In this document: positions 1-9,526 of the stretch, in pieces
How positions within the stretch are numbered: position 1 is the stretch's first letter
How the letters are laid out: each line of letters starts with the position of its first letter
From: an uncultured Rikenellaceae bacterium
GTDB lineage: Bacteria; Bacteroidota; Bacteroidia; Bacteroidales; VadinHA17
Length of the DNA: 62,262 nucleotides
Assembly (NCBI GenBank): GCA_964419775.1
Contig: CAYQRF010000003.1
Coordinates: 1-62,262, forward strand
Direction of reading: 5' to 3'
Notes under the pieces: generated by a model
What the model saw: only the letters and a program-made list of their open reading frames with translations
Told to the model about the DNA's origin: nothing
Database searches by the model: none
Position numbers and translations under genes: made by a program

Positions 1-41
1 TAACATAGTTTTCATAGGCATACTGTTTTGTTACGTTTTGT

Positions 42-71
42 AAAAGGTCCGTCAATGTTGACGGACCTTTT
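42..71. terminator. Intrinsic terminator downstream of hsdR (potentially bidirectional)
   Basis: AAAAGGTCCGTCA-ATGT-TGACGGACCTTTT perfect hairpin with A/T tails. Confidence 0.75.
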
Positions 72-137
72 CCTTTTCGTAACAGATTCAATAGTATTTT
101 TAAAATTTATATAAAGTATTGCATTATATAATATTAT

Positions 138-2993
138 TTATGACCCTGATATTCCGTTAATAAACGTTTCGACAAAATCTATAATACGTTTCAATATCCT
201 TTCACCAGTTGTTTTGCGTTGAAGTAATGTTGGTTTTTCACTGACCAGCAGTTCCAGTATTTCATCACGCATTGGTTCTTGCTCGGAGTACAGGTAGTTC
301 TCAATCAATGCTTGTGTACGTTCCTTCGACAATTTTTCTTCTTCGACAAGATGCAGGAATGCTTTCTCCTGTTCAACCGTCCAGAACTTCTCAAATTCCT
401 GCGGAATATCATCGGTGTCCAGAATAACTGGCATATTTTCCTTTATAAACTTCTGAATCAGTTCCTTTTTGCTTCTTAACTGAATTTCGGTGTTCAAAAG
501 GTTGAATATTTCTTTTTCAATCTGCTCGGCATCTTTCTTCTGGTTGGCTTTGAGTTTAATGAGTAACCGAATAATGTAGGCAACGTTTATTTCGTCACGG
601 TGAATAAGTTCCAGTTCAAAATCCACATCTTCAAGTATGCTTACCTTTTCCCTTGCATGTTCACTCTTTACCTTATCATGCAGGTCAAGGTATTTGCTTT
701 TAAAATCTTCAAACTGCTGTTCTGTCATGGACAAATCATTCCACTTGAAATCGGAAAAAGATGTAAGAACATTCTTGATGCGCATCAAGTCCCGGAAAGC
801 GATAATAAATTTCAATTCATCATCTTCCGTGACCAGATTGTTTACGCTATCGACAGTGGGTGTTATTTGAAGCAGTCTGACAAAACCATCATTAAATGCT
901 TTCACATACTCATCATAAGGCTTTATGATGATTTCCTCGATGGCATCTTTGTTGCTGAACAGGGTAATGGCTTCATCTGTGGCATTTTTCAGGTTTCGGA
1001 AAACCACAATGTTACCCTGTGATTTCAGTTCATTCAGGATGCGGTTGGTTCTGGAATATGCCTGTATCAATCCATGATATCTAAGGTTCTTATCGACATA
1101 TAATGTATTAAGTGAAGGACTGTCAAATCCAGTCAGATACATATTTACAACCAACAATATGTCAATCTTGCGTTCCTTAACCTTCTTGCTGATGTCATTA
1201 TAGTAGTTATAGAAACTCTGACTGTCTTTTGTGGAATATGCAGAACCAAACATCTGGTTATAATGTCCGATAAATTCGTCCAGTTTCTCACGAGTATGGG
1301 GATTGGTGGCATAAGCAATCTCAGGTTCGGCTGCTACCGAAATTTCTTCCGGAATGAATCCATTGGCATCAGCATCGTCCTCGTTGGCAATGTAACTGAA
1401 TATCGTGGCAATCTTTAATTCGTGTTCTCCAAGCATTTTCTTGCGCTGGAACAGTTCATAATACTTAATTAGTGTTGCTATACTACTTGTGCAGAACATG
1501 GCGGTAAACTCTTTATTATGGGTTTTCTTGCCATGATATGCAATTATGTAATCAATAATCTTTTCCAGCCGTGCCGGGGATTCCATCAGTTCTTCAACAT
1601 CAATGTCTTCAACCTGAATATCAATCTCTGTGGCACTTTCTTTATTCTTATACCTTCCAACATATTCCACGCTGAATTTCAGGACGTTTTCATCACGGAT
1701 GGCATCTGTAATCACATATTTATGCAGACATTCTCCGAACAATTCCTTGGTGGTGCGCCTACCCAATTCATTTTTGACAGCATTTTCTGCAAAAATTGGT
1801 GTCCCTGTAAATCCAAACATCTGGATGTTCCTGAAGAAAGAGGTAATACGCTGATGTGTTTCGCCAAACTGAGTTCTGTGGCACTCGTCAAAGATAAACA
1901 CGATACGCTCATCCTGAAGTGTCTGCATCCGCTCTGTAAAATGCTTCTTACTGATGGCTGCATTCAGTTTCTGGATGGTGGTTACAATAAGTTTGGTGTC
2001 ATCGGTAAACTGCCTTACAAGTTGTCTTGTATTGTCCGTGCCATCGACACTTCCTTTGCTGAAACTATTAAACTCTTTGGTTGTCTGGTAGTCCAAATCT
2101 TTCCGGTCAACGACAAATACCACTTTCTTTATCTTGGGTAAGCGGGTCAGGATTTGGCTTGCTTTGAATGATGTTAGTGTTTTACCAGAACCTGTCGTAT
2201 GCCAGATATAACCATCCTTATGGCTGTGCATCACCCTGTCAACAAGTGCTTCAACGGCATAGTACTGGTAGGGGCGGAGAACCATCAGTATTTTTGATGT
2301 TTCATTCAGCACTATGTATTTGCATATCATCTTAGAAATGTGACATTTTTCCAAGAAATCTGTTGCAAAACCATTTAATATGTTTGTAAGCCGTTTGTTT
2401 TCCTTGTCCGTCCAATAGAATGTCTGCTTAAATGACTGGAAGCGGTTATTAGCATAGTATTTCGTGTTTACGCCATTGCTGATGACGAATATCTGGATGT
2501 ACTGGAACAACCCATAACTACTGCTGAAGGAATGACGCTGATACCTGTTTACCTGATTAAATGCTTCTTTAAGTTCCAAACCCCTGCGTTTTAGTTCAAT
2601 CTGCACCAGTGGCAGTCCGTTTATAAGCAGTGTTACATCATATCTATTCTTATACTTACCTTCAATGGCAACCTGATGTGTTACCTGATACTGATTTTGA
2701 CACCATTGTTCTGTGTTGATGAACTCGAAATAAAGGTTATCTCCATTGTCCCGAATGATATGCTGTTTTTCACGTAGTGTTTTGGCTTTTTCGAAAACTG
2801 AACCCTTACAGAGAGTATTTAATACTTTTTCAAATTCTTTATCGGAGAACCTGATGTTATTATGCCTTTCTAACTGCGATTTCAAATTGGCGATTAATTC
2901 GGATTCATTCTGGATGTACACCAGAGCATAACCCAGTTCCTGAAGTTTGGCAATCAGTTGTTCTTCGAGTATAAGTTCAGGTTGCTTGCTCAT
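138..2993 (-). CDS. hsdR: Type I restriction endonuclease subunit R (EcoR124I-like)
   Basis: Nuclease motif DVTLLINGLPLVQIELK, Walker A HTTGSGKT, DECH box, LTGFD and QAYSRTNR motifs. ATG at 2993 overlaps the stop of the upstream gene (ATGA). Confidence 0.95.
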   Translation of the reverse strand: MSKQPELILEEQLIAKLQELGYALVYIQNESELIANLKSQLERHNNIRFSDKEFEKVLNTLCKGSVFEKAKTLREKQHIIRDNGDNLYFEFINTEQWCQNQYQVTHQVAIEGKYKNRYDVTLLINGLPLVQIELKRRGLELKEAFNQVNRYQRHSFSSSYGLFQYIQIFVISNGVNTKYYANNRFQSFKQTFYWTDKENKRLTNILNGFATDFLEKCHISKMICKYIVLNETSKILMVLRPYQYYAVEALVDRVMHSHKDGYIWHTTGSGKTLTSFKASQILTRLPKIKKVVFVVDRKDLDYQTTKEFNSFSKGSVDGTDNTRQLVRQFTDDTKLIVTTIQKLNAAISKKHFTERMQTLQDERIVFIFDECHRTQFGETHQRITSFFRNIQMFGFTGTPIFAENAVKNELGRRTTKELFGECLHKYVITDAIRDENVLKFSVEYVGRYKNKESATEIDIQVEDIDVEELMESPARLEKIIDYIIAYHGKKTHNKEFTAMFCTSSIATLIKYYELFQRKKMLGEHELKIATIFSYIANEDDADANGFIPEEISVAAEPEIAYATNPHTREKLDEFIGHYNQMFGSAYSTKDSQSFYNYYNDISKKVKERKIDILLVVNMYLTGFDSPSLNTLYVDKNLRYHGLIQAYSRTNRILNELKSQGNIVVFRNLKNATDEAITLFSNKDAIEEIIIKPYDEYVKAFNDGFVRLLQITPTVDSVNNLVTEDDELKFIIAFRDLMRIKNVLTSFSDFKWNDLSMTEQQFEDFKSKYLDLHDKVKSEHAREKVSILEDVDFELELIHRDEINVAYIIRLLIKLKANQKKDAEQIEKEIFNLLNTEIQLRSKKELIQKFIKENMPVILDTDDIPQEFEKFWTVEQEKAFLHLVEEEKLSKERTQALIENYLYSEQEPMRDEILELLVSEKPTLLQRKTTGERILKRIIDFVETFINGISGS

Positions 2994-3919
2994 AGCCAAA
3001 CAGGTTCTTTAACCCAATTGTTAAAAAATCCCAGTTTATATATTGGAATCGTGGGATTTAACTTTATCAGTTCATGGATTTTGCTTTTTATCCGATTCCT
3101 TGGTGTTACCATATCACATAAATAAACCATACAGGAAATAATTAGAAACGGTTTTTTTGCTTGAACTGGATTAAGCGGATGTACAAACCATCGTCCTGTT
3201 GGATTGTTTAAGATTTCAGCAGGTTTTTTAACCATGTTCCTGCTCCATAAACGTGAATGGTGAGCAACGATGTTCCTGACATAGGTAATTGCTTCCAGCC
3301 AACTTGAAAGTTCACTGTGAAGATTAAGTCCCATTTCTTTTGCTATGGCGGATTTCTCTGGTAATTGGTGCTTCAGGGTTTTATATAGTTTCGATAATGT
3401 CCCCAGTGAGGCAACTTCCAGTGTTTTCCACGCATCTGCATCCCGATTAGGGAATCGGTTACGGTGGTCTTGTATAAAAATTTCCTGACTTCTGCTGAAC
3501 TCCTTCCGTAAATCATCCAGAATGTTCTGATGAATTGATTTTACCGTTCCATCATTAAATTTAACTGTCCGGTTATCAAATAGGGCAGAATCCAAGTACC
3601 ATAAACCACCATAACTGACAGAAAAATGATATATTAATTTTGTGCGCAGTGCAATTTCGATACGCTCAATGGCATCGAATAAAATAAGTCTTAACTGACG
3701 GTCAAAATTGTAGCGGTCAATAATATCTTCGAACCATGTATCAGGTTTCAGGGTGTGCTTTTTAAAATCTATTTGCATATCCCACCAATACCCCTTTAAA
3801 CGATAATAACTGATGTTTTTGAGGTAAGAGGCAGCAAGAGTTTCATTTTTGAAACGCATACCCCTTGATTTAAGCAATCTTATCTGGTCAGATATTGTAT
3901 AGGCGGGTTTATTTGGCAT
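2990..3919 (-). CDS. Abi family (Abi_2 / AbiD-AbiF-like) HEPN-domain protein
   Basis: N-terminal Q..LL..RG, ISYYRLKGY and Y.FDR.LR...F..IE.IE..LR motifs; HEPN RxxxxH motif RNIVAH followed by HSRLW. Confidence 0.85.
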   Translation of the reverse strand: MPNKPAYTISDQIRLLKSRGMRFKNETLAASYLKNISYYRLKGYWWDMQIDFKKHTLKPDTWFEDIIDRYNFDRQLRLILFDAIERIEIALRTKLIYHFSVSYGGLWYLDSALFDNRTVKFNDGTVKSIHQNILDDLRKEFSRSQEIFIQDHRNRFPNRDADAWKTLEVASLGTLSKLYKTLKHQLPEKSAIAKEMGLNLHSELSSWLEAITYVRNIVAHHSRLWSRNMVKKPAEILNNPTGRWFVHPLNPVQAKKPFLIISCMVYLCDMVTPRNRIKSKIHELIKLNPTIPIYKLGFFNNWVKEPVWL

Positions 3920-3924
3920 ACCTG

Positions 3925-3978
3925 TATAAAAAAAATGACCCGCCTGCAGTTCTTATGGTATGCAAAACGGGTACTGTT
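3925..3978 (-). ncRNA. Candidate small structured leader RNA (abiF-motif-like) ending in a terminator hairpin
   Basis: Minus strand reads ACCCGTTTTGCA-taccataagaac-TGCAGGCGGGT-ca-T8, between a promoter and the abi ATG. Confidence 0.55.
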
Positions 3979-3982
3979 AATG

Positions 3983-4013
3983 CAAATATAAAGGAATTAT
4001 CTGATTTCGCAAA
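3983..4013 (-). promoter_or_regulatory. Bacteroidetes primary-sigma promoter for leader RNA / abi-hsdR
   Basis: TTTG-N19-TATATTTG on the minus strand, matching the -33/-7 consensus. Confidence 0.75.
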
Positions 4014-4068
4014 GATTTTATCTAATTTTTCGTAATTTATCATTTGCATATCACTATTTAAAAGTCAG

Positions 4069-5316
4069 TTAAACAAACATTTGCTGCATTAAACCTTTCT
4101 TCCAGACCTCTGCTTTTTCTATCTGCGTCTGGGTCTGGCTGATTTTTTTATCAATGGCTGACAGAAAATTGGCGATTCTGCTTTGTTCCGGAAGGCAAGG
4201 GATGTTCAATTCAATATCGCAAAGTCTTGTACTTGATATGCTTGTAATTTTTGACCCTTGGGCAATTTTCATTATTTGTTTGCGAACATCAATAGACTTC
4301 ATCAAATAACCGCCAAATCCAGAAGCAATTTTTGTTATATCTGGTCTTGCTAAAATTGTGTGCAAACCAGCAAGAACTTTCTCATCATTGAGGTTAACAA
4401 GTTCAATGCTTTTACCTACATCCGCAAGGTCTTCTGATGCATCTGCAAATACTATGTCGCTGGTCTTGCAGTAATTGTCAGAACTTATTCTTTTTATAGA
4501 AATGTCAGGATTGATAAATGGAACTTCTTCTTTATTGATGTCAAAAAGTGTATTAAACTTAGTATGGATATCCCCGTAGTGAATATTTTTTACATCTCCT
4601 TCTTCATAGTTCAGGTTATCTCTTGAAAAAGAGTTTGTTACTTTAAAGGAATAGATTTGATTGAACTTCGCCTTCTCCCACATCAGAAACTCCTGCCCAT
4701 TATCGTCTTTGAACCTGATTTCCTGCGAGAAGATTTTCTCCATCACCCCTTTTTTGTATTGTTCCAGAAGGTTTTTCTTTAGTTTGAGTTGGGTTATCTT
4801 CTGGTCAATGGCACTGAAAAAGGAAGCAATTTTTTGTTGTTCGGGAATCGAAGGGAAATGGAAAACACTTGATGATATCACATCCCAATCTGCTCGTGGC
4901 ATTTTTGAGCCAGAAGATTGATTGCTTAATCCAATGAATTTCTCGGTTTGAATTAACCAATAAATGTATTCGTTTAATGCATCCTTTCCAATTATCACCC
5001 AAATTTCTGAAGAACATACTCCATCAAAAGGTGCTAATAAATATTTTCTTAAATAAGGTCTTAATTTTCCGAAAAGAACATCTCCTTTGTTAAATCTATT
5101 TTTAATACTCCCTGACTCACTGGCATTGCAATAACCCAATAATTGACCTGTTCCTGTCGCCAAATGCTCTAATTCTATACATTTTAGAGCCTTATTGCTT
5201 GTTTCAGGATTATATTTAACTGATTTGTTTGACAGTGCATCTCTCAAATGCTTCTTTTGCCAATCACCCACAAATTCAGTGAAACGCAATACTGGTATGT
5301 TCCTTTGCTTTTCCAT
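4069..5316 (-). CDS. hsdS: Type I R-M specificity subunit S
   Basis: Two TRDs with repeated conserved regions (P..PEQ.KIA.F.SAID.KI, KKG.M...F); N-terminal IPVLRF. Confidence 0.95.
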   Translation of the reverse strand: MEKQRNIPVLRFTEFVGDWQKKHLRDALSNKSVKYNPETSNKALKCIELEHLATGTGQLLGYCNASESGSIKNRFNKGDVLFGKLRPYLRKYLLAPFDGVCSSEIWVIIGKDALNEYIYWLIQTEKFIGLSNQSSGSKMPRADWDVISSSVFHFPSIPEQQKIASFFSAIDQKITQLKLKKNLLEQYKKGVMEKIFSQEIRFKDDNGQEFLMWEKAKFNQIYSFKVTNSFSRDNLNYEEGDVKNIHYGDIHTKFNTLFDINKEEVPFINPDISIKRISSDNYCKTSDIVFADASEDLADVGKSIELVNLNDEKVLAGLHTILARPDITKIASGFGGYLMKSIDVRKQIMKIAQGSKITSISSTRLCDIELNIPCLPEQSRIANFLSAIDKKISQTQTQIEKAEVWKKGLMQQMFV

Positions 5317-5318
5317 GC

Positions 5319-6887
5319 TTAATACGGGGTTGGAATATTTAATTCGTTACAGAATCCCGCAATGGTTTCATCGGTGGTTTTCATTTCGGTTTCCAGTGCT
5401 TTCAATTCACTGGCAACGGCTGCAATATCAATAGGTTCTTCTGCTTCAAAGGTGTCAACATATCTGGGGATATTCAGATTGTAATCGTTCTCTCGAACTT
5501 CATCCAGCCTTGCAACATAGCTGTATTTGTCAATGTTGATTCTCTGACTGTATGTATCCACAATTCTGTCAACATCTTCATCACGCAGATAATTCTGCGT
5601 CTTTATCTTTTCATAATGCTGGCTGGAATCAATGAATAATATATCATTAGGATGTTCACGGCATTTCTTAAACACCAGAATGCATGTTGGTATAGAAGTA
5701 CCGTAGAAAATATTGGCAGGCAGACCGATAACTGCATCCAGATAGTTCTTTTCTTTAATCAGGTATTTCCTGATATGTCCCTCGGCTGCACCCCTGAAAA
5801 GAACTCCATGAGGCATGACAACTGCCATAACTCCGTTTTCTGCCAGATGATAAATCATATGCTGGATAAAAGCAAAGTCCGCCTTTGATGATGGAGCAAG
5901 TTTCCCGTACTCACTGAACCTGTCATCGGTCATGAACAAAGGACTGGCACTCCACTGTGCAGAAAATGGCGGATTTGCCACCACAGCTTCGGCATCCAGT
6001 TTATTATGCTGCGGGTGTTCCAGTGTATCTTCCAGTTTTATGTCGAATCTGGTAAAATGCACACCATGCAGAATCATGTTCATCCGGCATAGGTTGTATG
6101 TTGTCCGGTTACGTTCCTGACCATAAAACTTCAACACATCGCATACTTTACCCAAACGCAGGATAAGTGAACCAGAACCACATGTCGGGTCATATGCTGA
6201 TTTAATCCGAGTTTTACCCAATGTAACAATTCGTGCCAGAATCTTTGATGCCTGTTGTGGTGTATAGAATTCACCAGCCTTTTTACCAGCGCCACTTGCG
6301 AATTGTCCAATCAGGTATTCATAAGCATCTCCCAGAACATCAATTTCGGTTTGTTCCAGTTGAAAATCAATCTTGTCAAGGTGTGCAAGTACCTTGGCAA
6401 TTATTTCATTCCTCTGCTCTGCTGTCTTGCCCAGTTTCGTGCTGTTTAAATCCATATCCTCGAACAGATGGTCGAAATCTTCTTCGCTGTTAGTACCCAT
6501 TGTACTGTTCTGGATGTTTATAAGGATTTTCTGGATGTCTTCAATGATGAAAGTACTTTCCTTCTTTGCATTGCCATTGCCACGTTTAGCAACCTGCCCA
6601 AATAATTCTGATGGTTTTAGGAAATAACCGAGTTTTTCCAACGATTCCTCTCTGATTGCTGCAAGGTATTCCTGACCAGACTTGGTATCTTCGGAAATGT
6701 CCAGATATTGAATTTTGTCTTCTTTAAGTATGTTATTGGCATAGAGTTCCATTTTCTCCGACAGATACTTAAAAAAAATGAATCCGAGAATGTAATCACG
6801 GAATTCATCGGCATCCATCTTCCCACGCAGGGTGTTGGCTATGTTCCAGAGTTGTTGGTTCAGTTGTCGTTTTTGGTCTTCGCTCAT
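5319..6887 (-). CDS. hsdM: Type I R-M N6-adenine methyltransferase subunit M
   Basis: GEFYTP, YDPTCGSG (motif I), NPPF (motif IV), YNLNIPRYV. Confidence 0.95.
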   Translation of the reverse strand: MSEDQKRQLNQQLWNIANTLRGKMDADEFRDYILGFIFFKYLSEKMELYANNILKEDKIQYLDISEDTKSGQEYLAAIREESLEKLGYFLKPSELFGQVAKRGNGNAKKESTFIIEDIQKILINIQNSTMGTNSEEDFDHLFEDMDLNSTKLGKTAEQRNEIIAKVLAHLDKIDFQLEQTEIDVLGDAYEYLIGQFASGAGKKAGEFYTPQQASKILARIVTLGKTRIKSAYDPTCGSGSLILRLGKVCDVLKFYGQERNRTTYNLCRMNMILHGVHFTRFDIKLEDTLEHPQHNKLDAEAVVANPPFSAQWSASPLFMTDDRFSEYGKLAPSSKADFAFIQHMIYHLAENGVMAVVMPHGVLFRGAAEGHIRKYLIKEKNYLDAVIGLPANIFYGTSIPTCILVFKKCREHPNDILFIDSSQHYEKIKTQNYLRDEDVDRIVDTYSQRINIDKYSYVARLDEVRENDYNLNIPRYVDTFEAEEPIDIAAVASELKALETEMKTTDETIAGFCNELNIPTPY

Positions 6888-7039
6888 CTATGTACTACAT
6901 TTTTTCAAAATTAACAAAAGTCTGATTACCAATCAGGTATTGCTTCAAACCCCACAAATCAAAACGGAATTCAAATGGCTAATCAAACGAGCATCTAAGA
7001 TATTTATAATGTTTGGTTATTGCAAAATGACACAATCCA

Positions 7040-8026
7040 TCAACTGTCACTATCACGCAAAGCCTCTCGGATTTGCTTCATCACCTGAATATTTGTGTTT
7101 GGCAGGGGATATGAATTCAGCAGCTTGTTCAGTTCGGCTCGATACTTACTTTTATCGGTATTCGGAGAAAGAGTGTTGTTCAATACAAGGTCTACTTTTT
7201 CCATGTCATACTCACACGCTTCAAGCAACAAGGCATTTTTAACCATTTTCAACTTCGTATGTGACAAGGGTGACGGCATCACTTGAATTTGTTGGTCTGG
7301 TTCATCCGGAAAAACAAATACTTCATCGAAAAGTGTTAGCAGGGGGTTCGCTTGGGAGTTAAGCACGTCCAGTAAGTATGTGCTTTCGGTTTGGAACAGT
7401 TGCCGTATCTGCTCCTTAGTATTGATGTTGGCTTCCACACGGAACTTACCATCGAAATATGCCAACAAATTATCCATATCTTTCAACATCGCTAAGAATT
7501 CAGCATTGGTTTTTTTCTGTAACTCCTTACCCTTATCATAGATTATAATCCGTAGCTTTCTGTTGCTGGTCTTAACCATTTTGTCTACTGAGTAACCGCT
7601 ATTTCCGTATTTCTGGACTCTGAATTTATTATGGTTAATCAGGCAGGATTTCATTGCCAGTCTGTCTGGATGAATAATCCCACTTATATCTCTGGTGATA
7701 TCACATGTAAGCAATTCGCTATCATTCATGATACTATCAATATCAATTTTACAGAATCCAATGTTTTCAAAGTTTTGTAAGCACTGGTGGATGTTGTTTT
7801 TGTTAATGAGTTCCGGATAGCGTTCAAGCAGTACTTTCGAAGAAAACTCAATTATACATGCATTATCCTGTAAACTGTAATTCATGTAAATATTATATGG
7901 TTTCTTATATGAGTACCTAATTGCTGTACCAATGTTGTTTTTCAATATCCTTGTTGTAACATTTGAGTCCATTTTGGTGATGTACTTCTTTTCGGTTAAT
8001 ATTTTAATTCTATCTAAGGTTACCAT
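7040..8026 (-). CDS. Hypothetical protein, probable Rep_trans / gene II-X-like replication initiator or relaxase
   Basis: Ordered motifs LDRI, CDITRD, IIIYDKGKE, FRVE; lies downstream of the HTH gene in the element; start uncertain (8026-8056). Confidence 0.5.
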   Translation of the reverse strand: MVTLDRIKILTEKKYITKMDSNVTTRILKNNIGTAIRYSYKKPYNIYMNYSLQDNACIIEFSSKVLLERYPELINKNNIHQCLQNFENIGFCKIDIDSIMNDSELLTCDITRDISGIIHPDRLAMKSCLINHNKFRVQKYGNSGYSVDKMVKTSNRKLRIIIYDKGKELQKKTNAEFLAMLKDMDNLLAYFDGKFRVEANINTKEQIRQLFQTESTYLLDVLNSQANPLLTLFDEVFVFPDEPDQQIQVMPSPLSHTKLKMVKNALLLEACEYDMEKVDLVLNNTLSPNTDKSKYRAELNKLLNSYPLPNTNIQVMKQIREALRDSDS

Positions 8027-8082
8027 ATCTTGCATCTGCATCAGTGATTCCCCCAAAAAACTGCAAACAGTTCTCTGAGAGA

Positions 8083-8436
8083 TTATTTCTTCCCGGTCTC
8101 CATTTCTGCTTCAACCTGTAATTGTTTTATTGTTTTGCGCCTGTCCTGCCGTATCCATTCGTCAATCTCTTTCTTGTCGAAGTAAACCCTTCCGCCTTTT
8201 TTAAAGAATGGAATCTGACGAGTACTTGTCATGTTGTAGATAGCACCTGTGGATATGTTCAACATCTGACTAACCTCGGTCACAGTCAGAAATTTATTTT
8301 CTGCCGGGTACTGCATCGACTCAGGTGTGGAAGCAGATTGGTTTAACAGGTGATTTTTTATATAGGCTACTTCCTGTAAGAGTTGCGTCACTGCTTCAGG
8401 CAGGTTGTCAAAGGTTATTACATCGTTTTTAATCAT
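8083..8436 (-). CDS. Helix-turn-helix (HTH_17, excisionase-like) protein
   Basis: ITFDNLPEAV N-terminus and LTVTEVSQMLNISTGAIYNMTSTRQIPFFKKGGRVYF, typical of Bacteroidetes element excisionases. Confidence 0.85.
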   Translation of the reverse strand: MIKNDVITFDNLPEAVTQLLQEVAYIKNHLLNQSASTPESMQYPAENKFLTVTEVSQMLNISTGAIYNMTSTRQIPFFKKGGRVYFDKKEIDEWIRQDRRKTIKQLQVEAEMETGKK

Positions 8437-8625
8437 AGTAATCAATGATTTACGATGTAAACTTCCGGAAATATTGGCTATGGAATTAACCGACACATCA
8501 ACCTGTCGGCTTTTTATTGGCTTCTAATACACCAGAAATGAAATATAATCTGGCAATGCTTTCTGACAGTGATATAAGTTTAAATTAATGCCTGTCGGTC
8601 ATAAATGCGTGATGATAATGAGATT

Positions 8626-9516
8626 TTAAATGAATGCACTGATGGCAGCATCAATTACTTTGTCGAGATACCCTTGGTCTTTCCTATTAGGATTATCATC
8701 ATGTCTTAGCCTCTTGGGATGGAAAGCAACTCCTTTTTTGATAATGCGAAAGTATCGTTCAGCGATATAATAGTTTGATGGCTTGTCTTTCTCCATAAGA
8801 AACCGCCCTGTTAAAATCCGAATCATGTAGGTCAGTGACCGTTGGGATTTAAACCAGTATATGGGATTGGGTTCTTTGGTCGTGAACACATTCTTAAAAG
8901 CATCGGGGGTACAATTAATATATCCGGCAGCCATTAGGTTCTTATGGATGTCGTATAAAATATAGTGTCTTTGTGTGGTGAACTCAGGCAGGATTGAAAA
9001 ATAGTATTCGGGTTCAGGTTTAGGTATGGCAGACTCAAATTCAGCCATATACTCCTTCATTTTATCCGCCAGCTTACCTAAAAAGAAGATTTGCACACCT
9101 GCGGCTTTGAAAAAGAACTGGTATGCCTGTTTCTTCAGGTTATCTTCTGTGTCAGAAACCTGTGTATCGTCAAAATACCTTGACCATTCCTCACGGATAT
9201 TTGATGCATAAAGGCTGTCTATCGCATCGTTACATTGTGAAAACAATCGCTTAACAACAGGGATAAAATGAGTTTTCACCGCATAAGCATTGATACATTC
9301 AGCCTTGAATGATTCGATGTACTCAATAAATCTTATAAACAGGTGCTCATAAATATACCTGTGAAAACCTTTGTCGGTATCCGATAATAAATGTCCCTTG
9401 TACGAGGATGCTTCTACTGGGTTGGTGCACACCTTCGGATTTTCATCCAGTTTGCACAGCATATCGGTTAACTGGACTTCGAAGCTATCATCATATATTG
9501 GTGTTGTCTTTTTCAT
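8626..9516 (-). CDS. Hypothetical protein following the integrase
   Basis: Long ORF (~296 aa) starting 10 nt after the integrase stop; no recognised motif. Confidence 0.7.
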   Translation of the reverse strand: MKKTTPIYDDSFEVQLTDMLCKLDENPKVCTNPVEASSYKGHLLSDTDKGFHRYIYEHLFIRFIEYIESFKAECINAYAVKTHFIPVVKRLFSQCNDAIDSLYASNIREEWSRYFDDTQVSDTEDNLKKQAYQFFFKAAGVQIFFLGKLADKMKEYMAEFESAIPKPEPEYYFSILPEFTTQRHYILYDIHKNLMAAGYINCTPDAFKNVFTTKEPNPIYWFKSQRSLTYMIRILTGRFLMEKDKPSNYYIAERYFRIIKKGVAFHPKRLRHDDNPNRKDQGYLDKVIDAAISAFI

Positions 9517-9526
9517 AGCATCACGG

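Noticed and set aside
1..15. Start of a minus-strand gene (ATG AAA ACT ATG TTA) leaving the window
   Set aside because: Only five codons are visible, so it cannot be supported.
4069..5316. Phase-variable (invertible) hsdS locus
   Set aside because: Only one hsdS is present, and I saw no silent TRD cassettes, flanking inverted repeats or adjacent invertase in the window.
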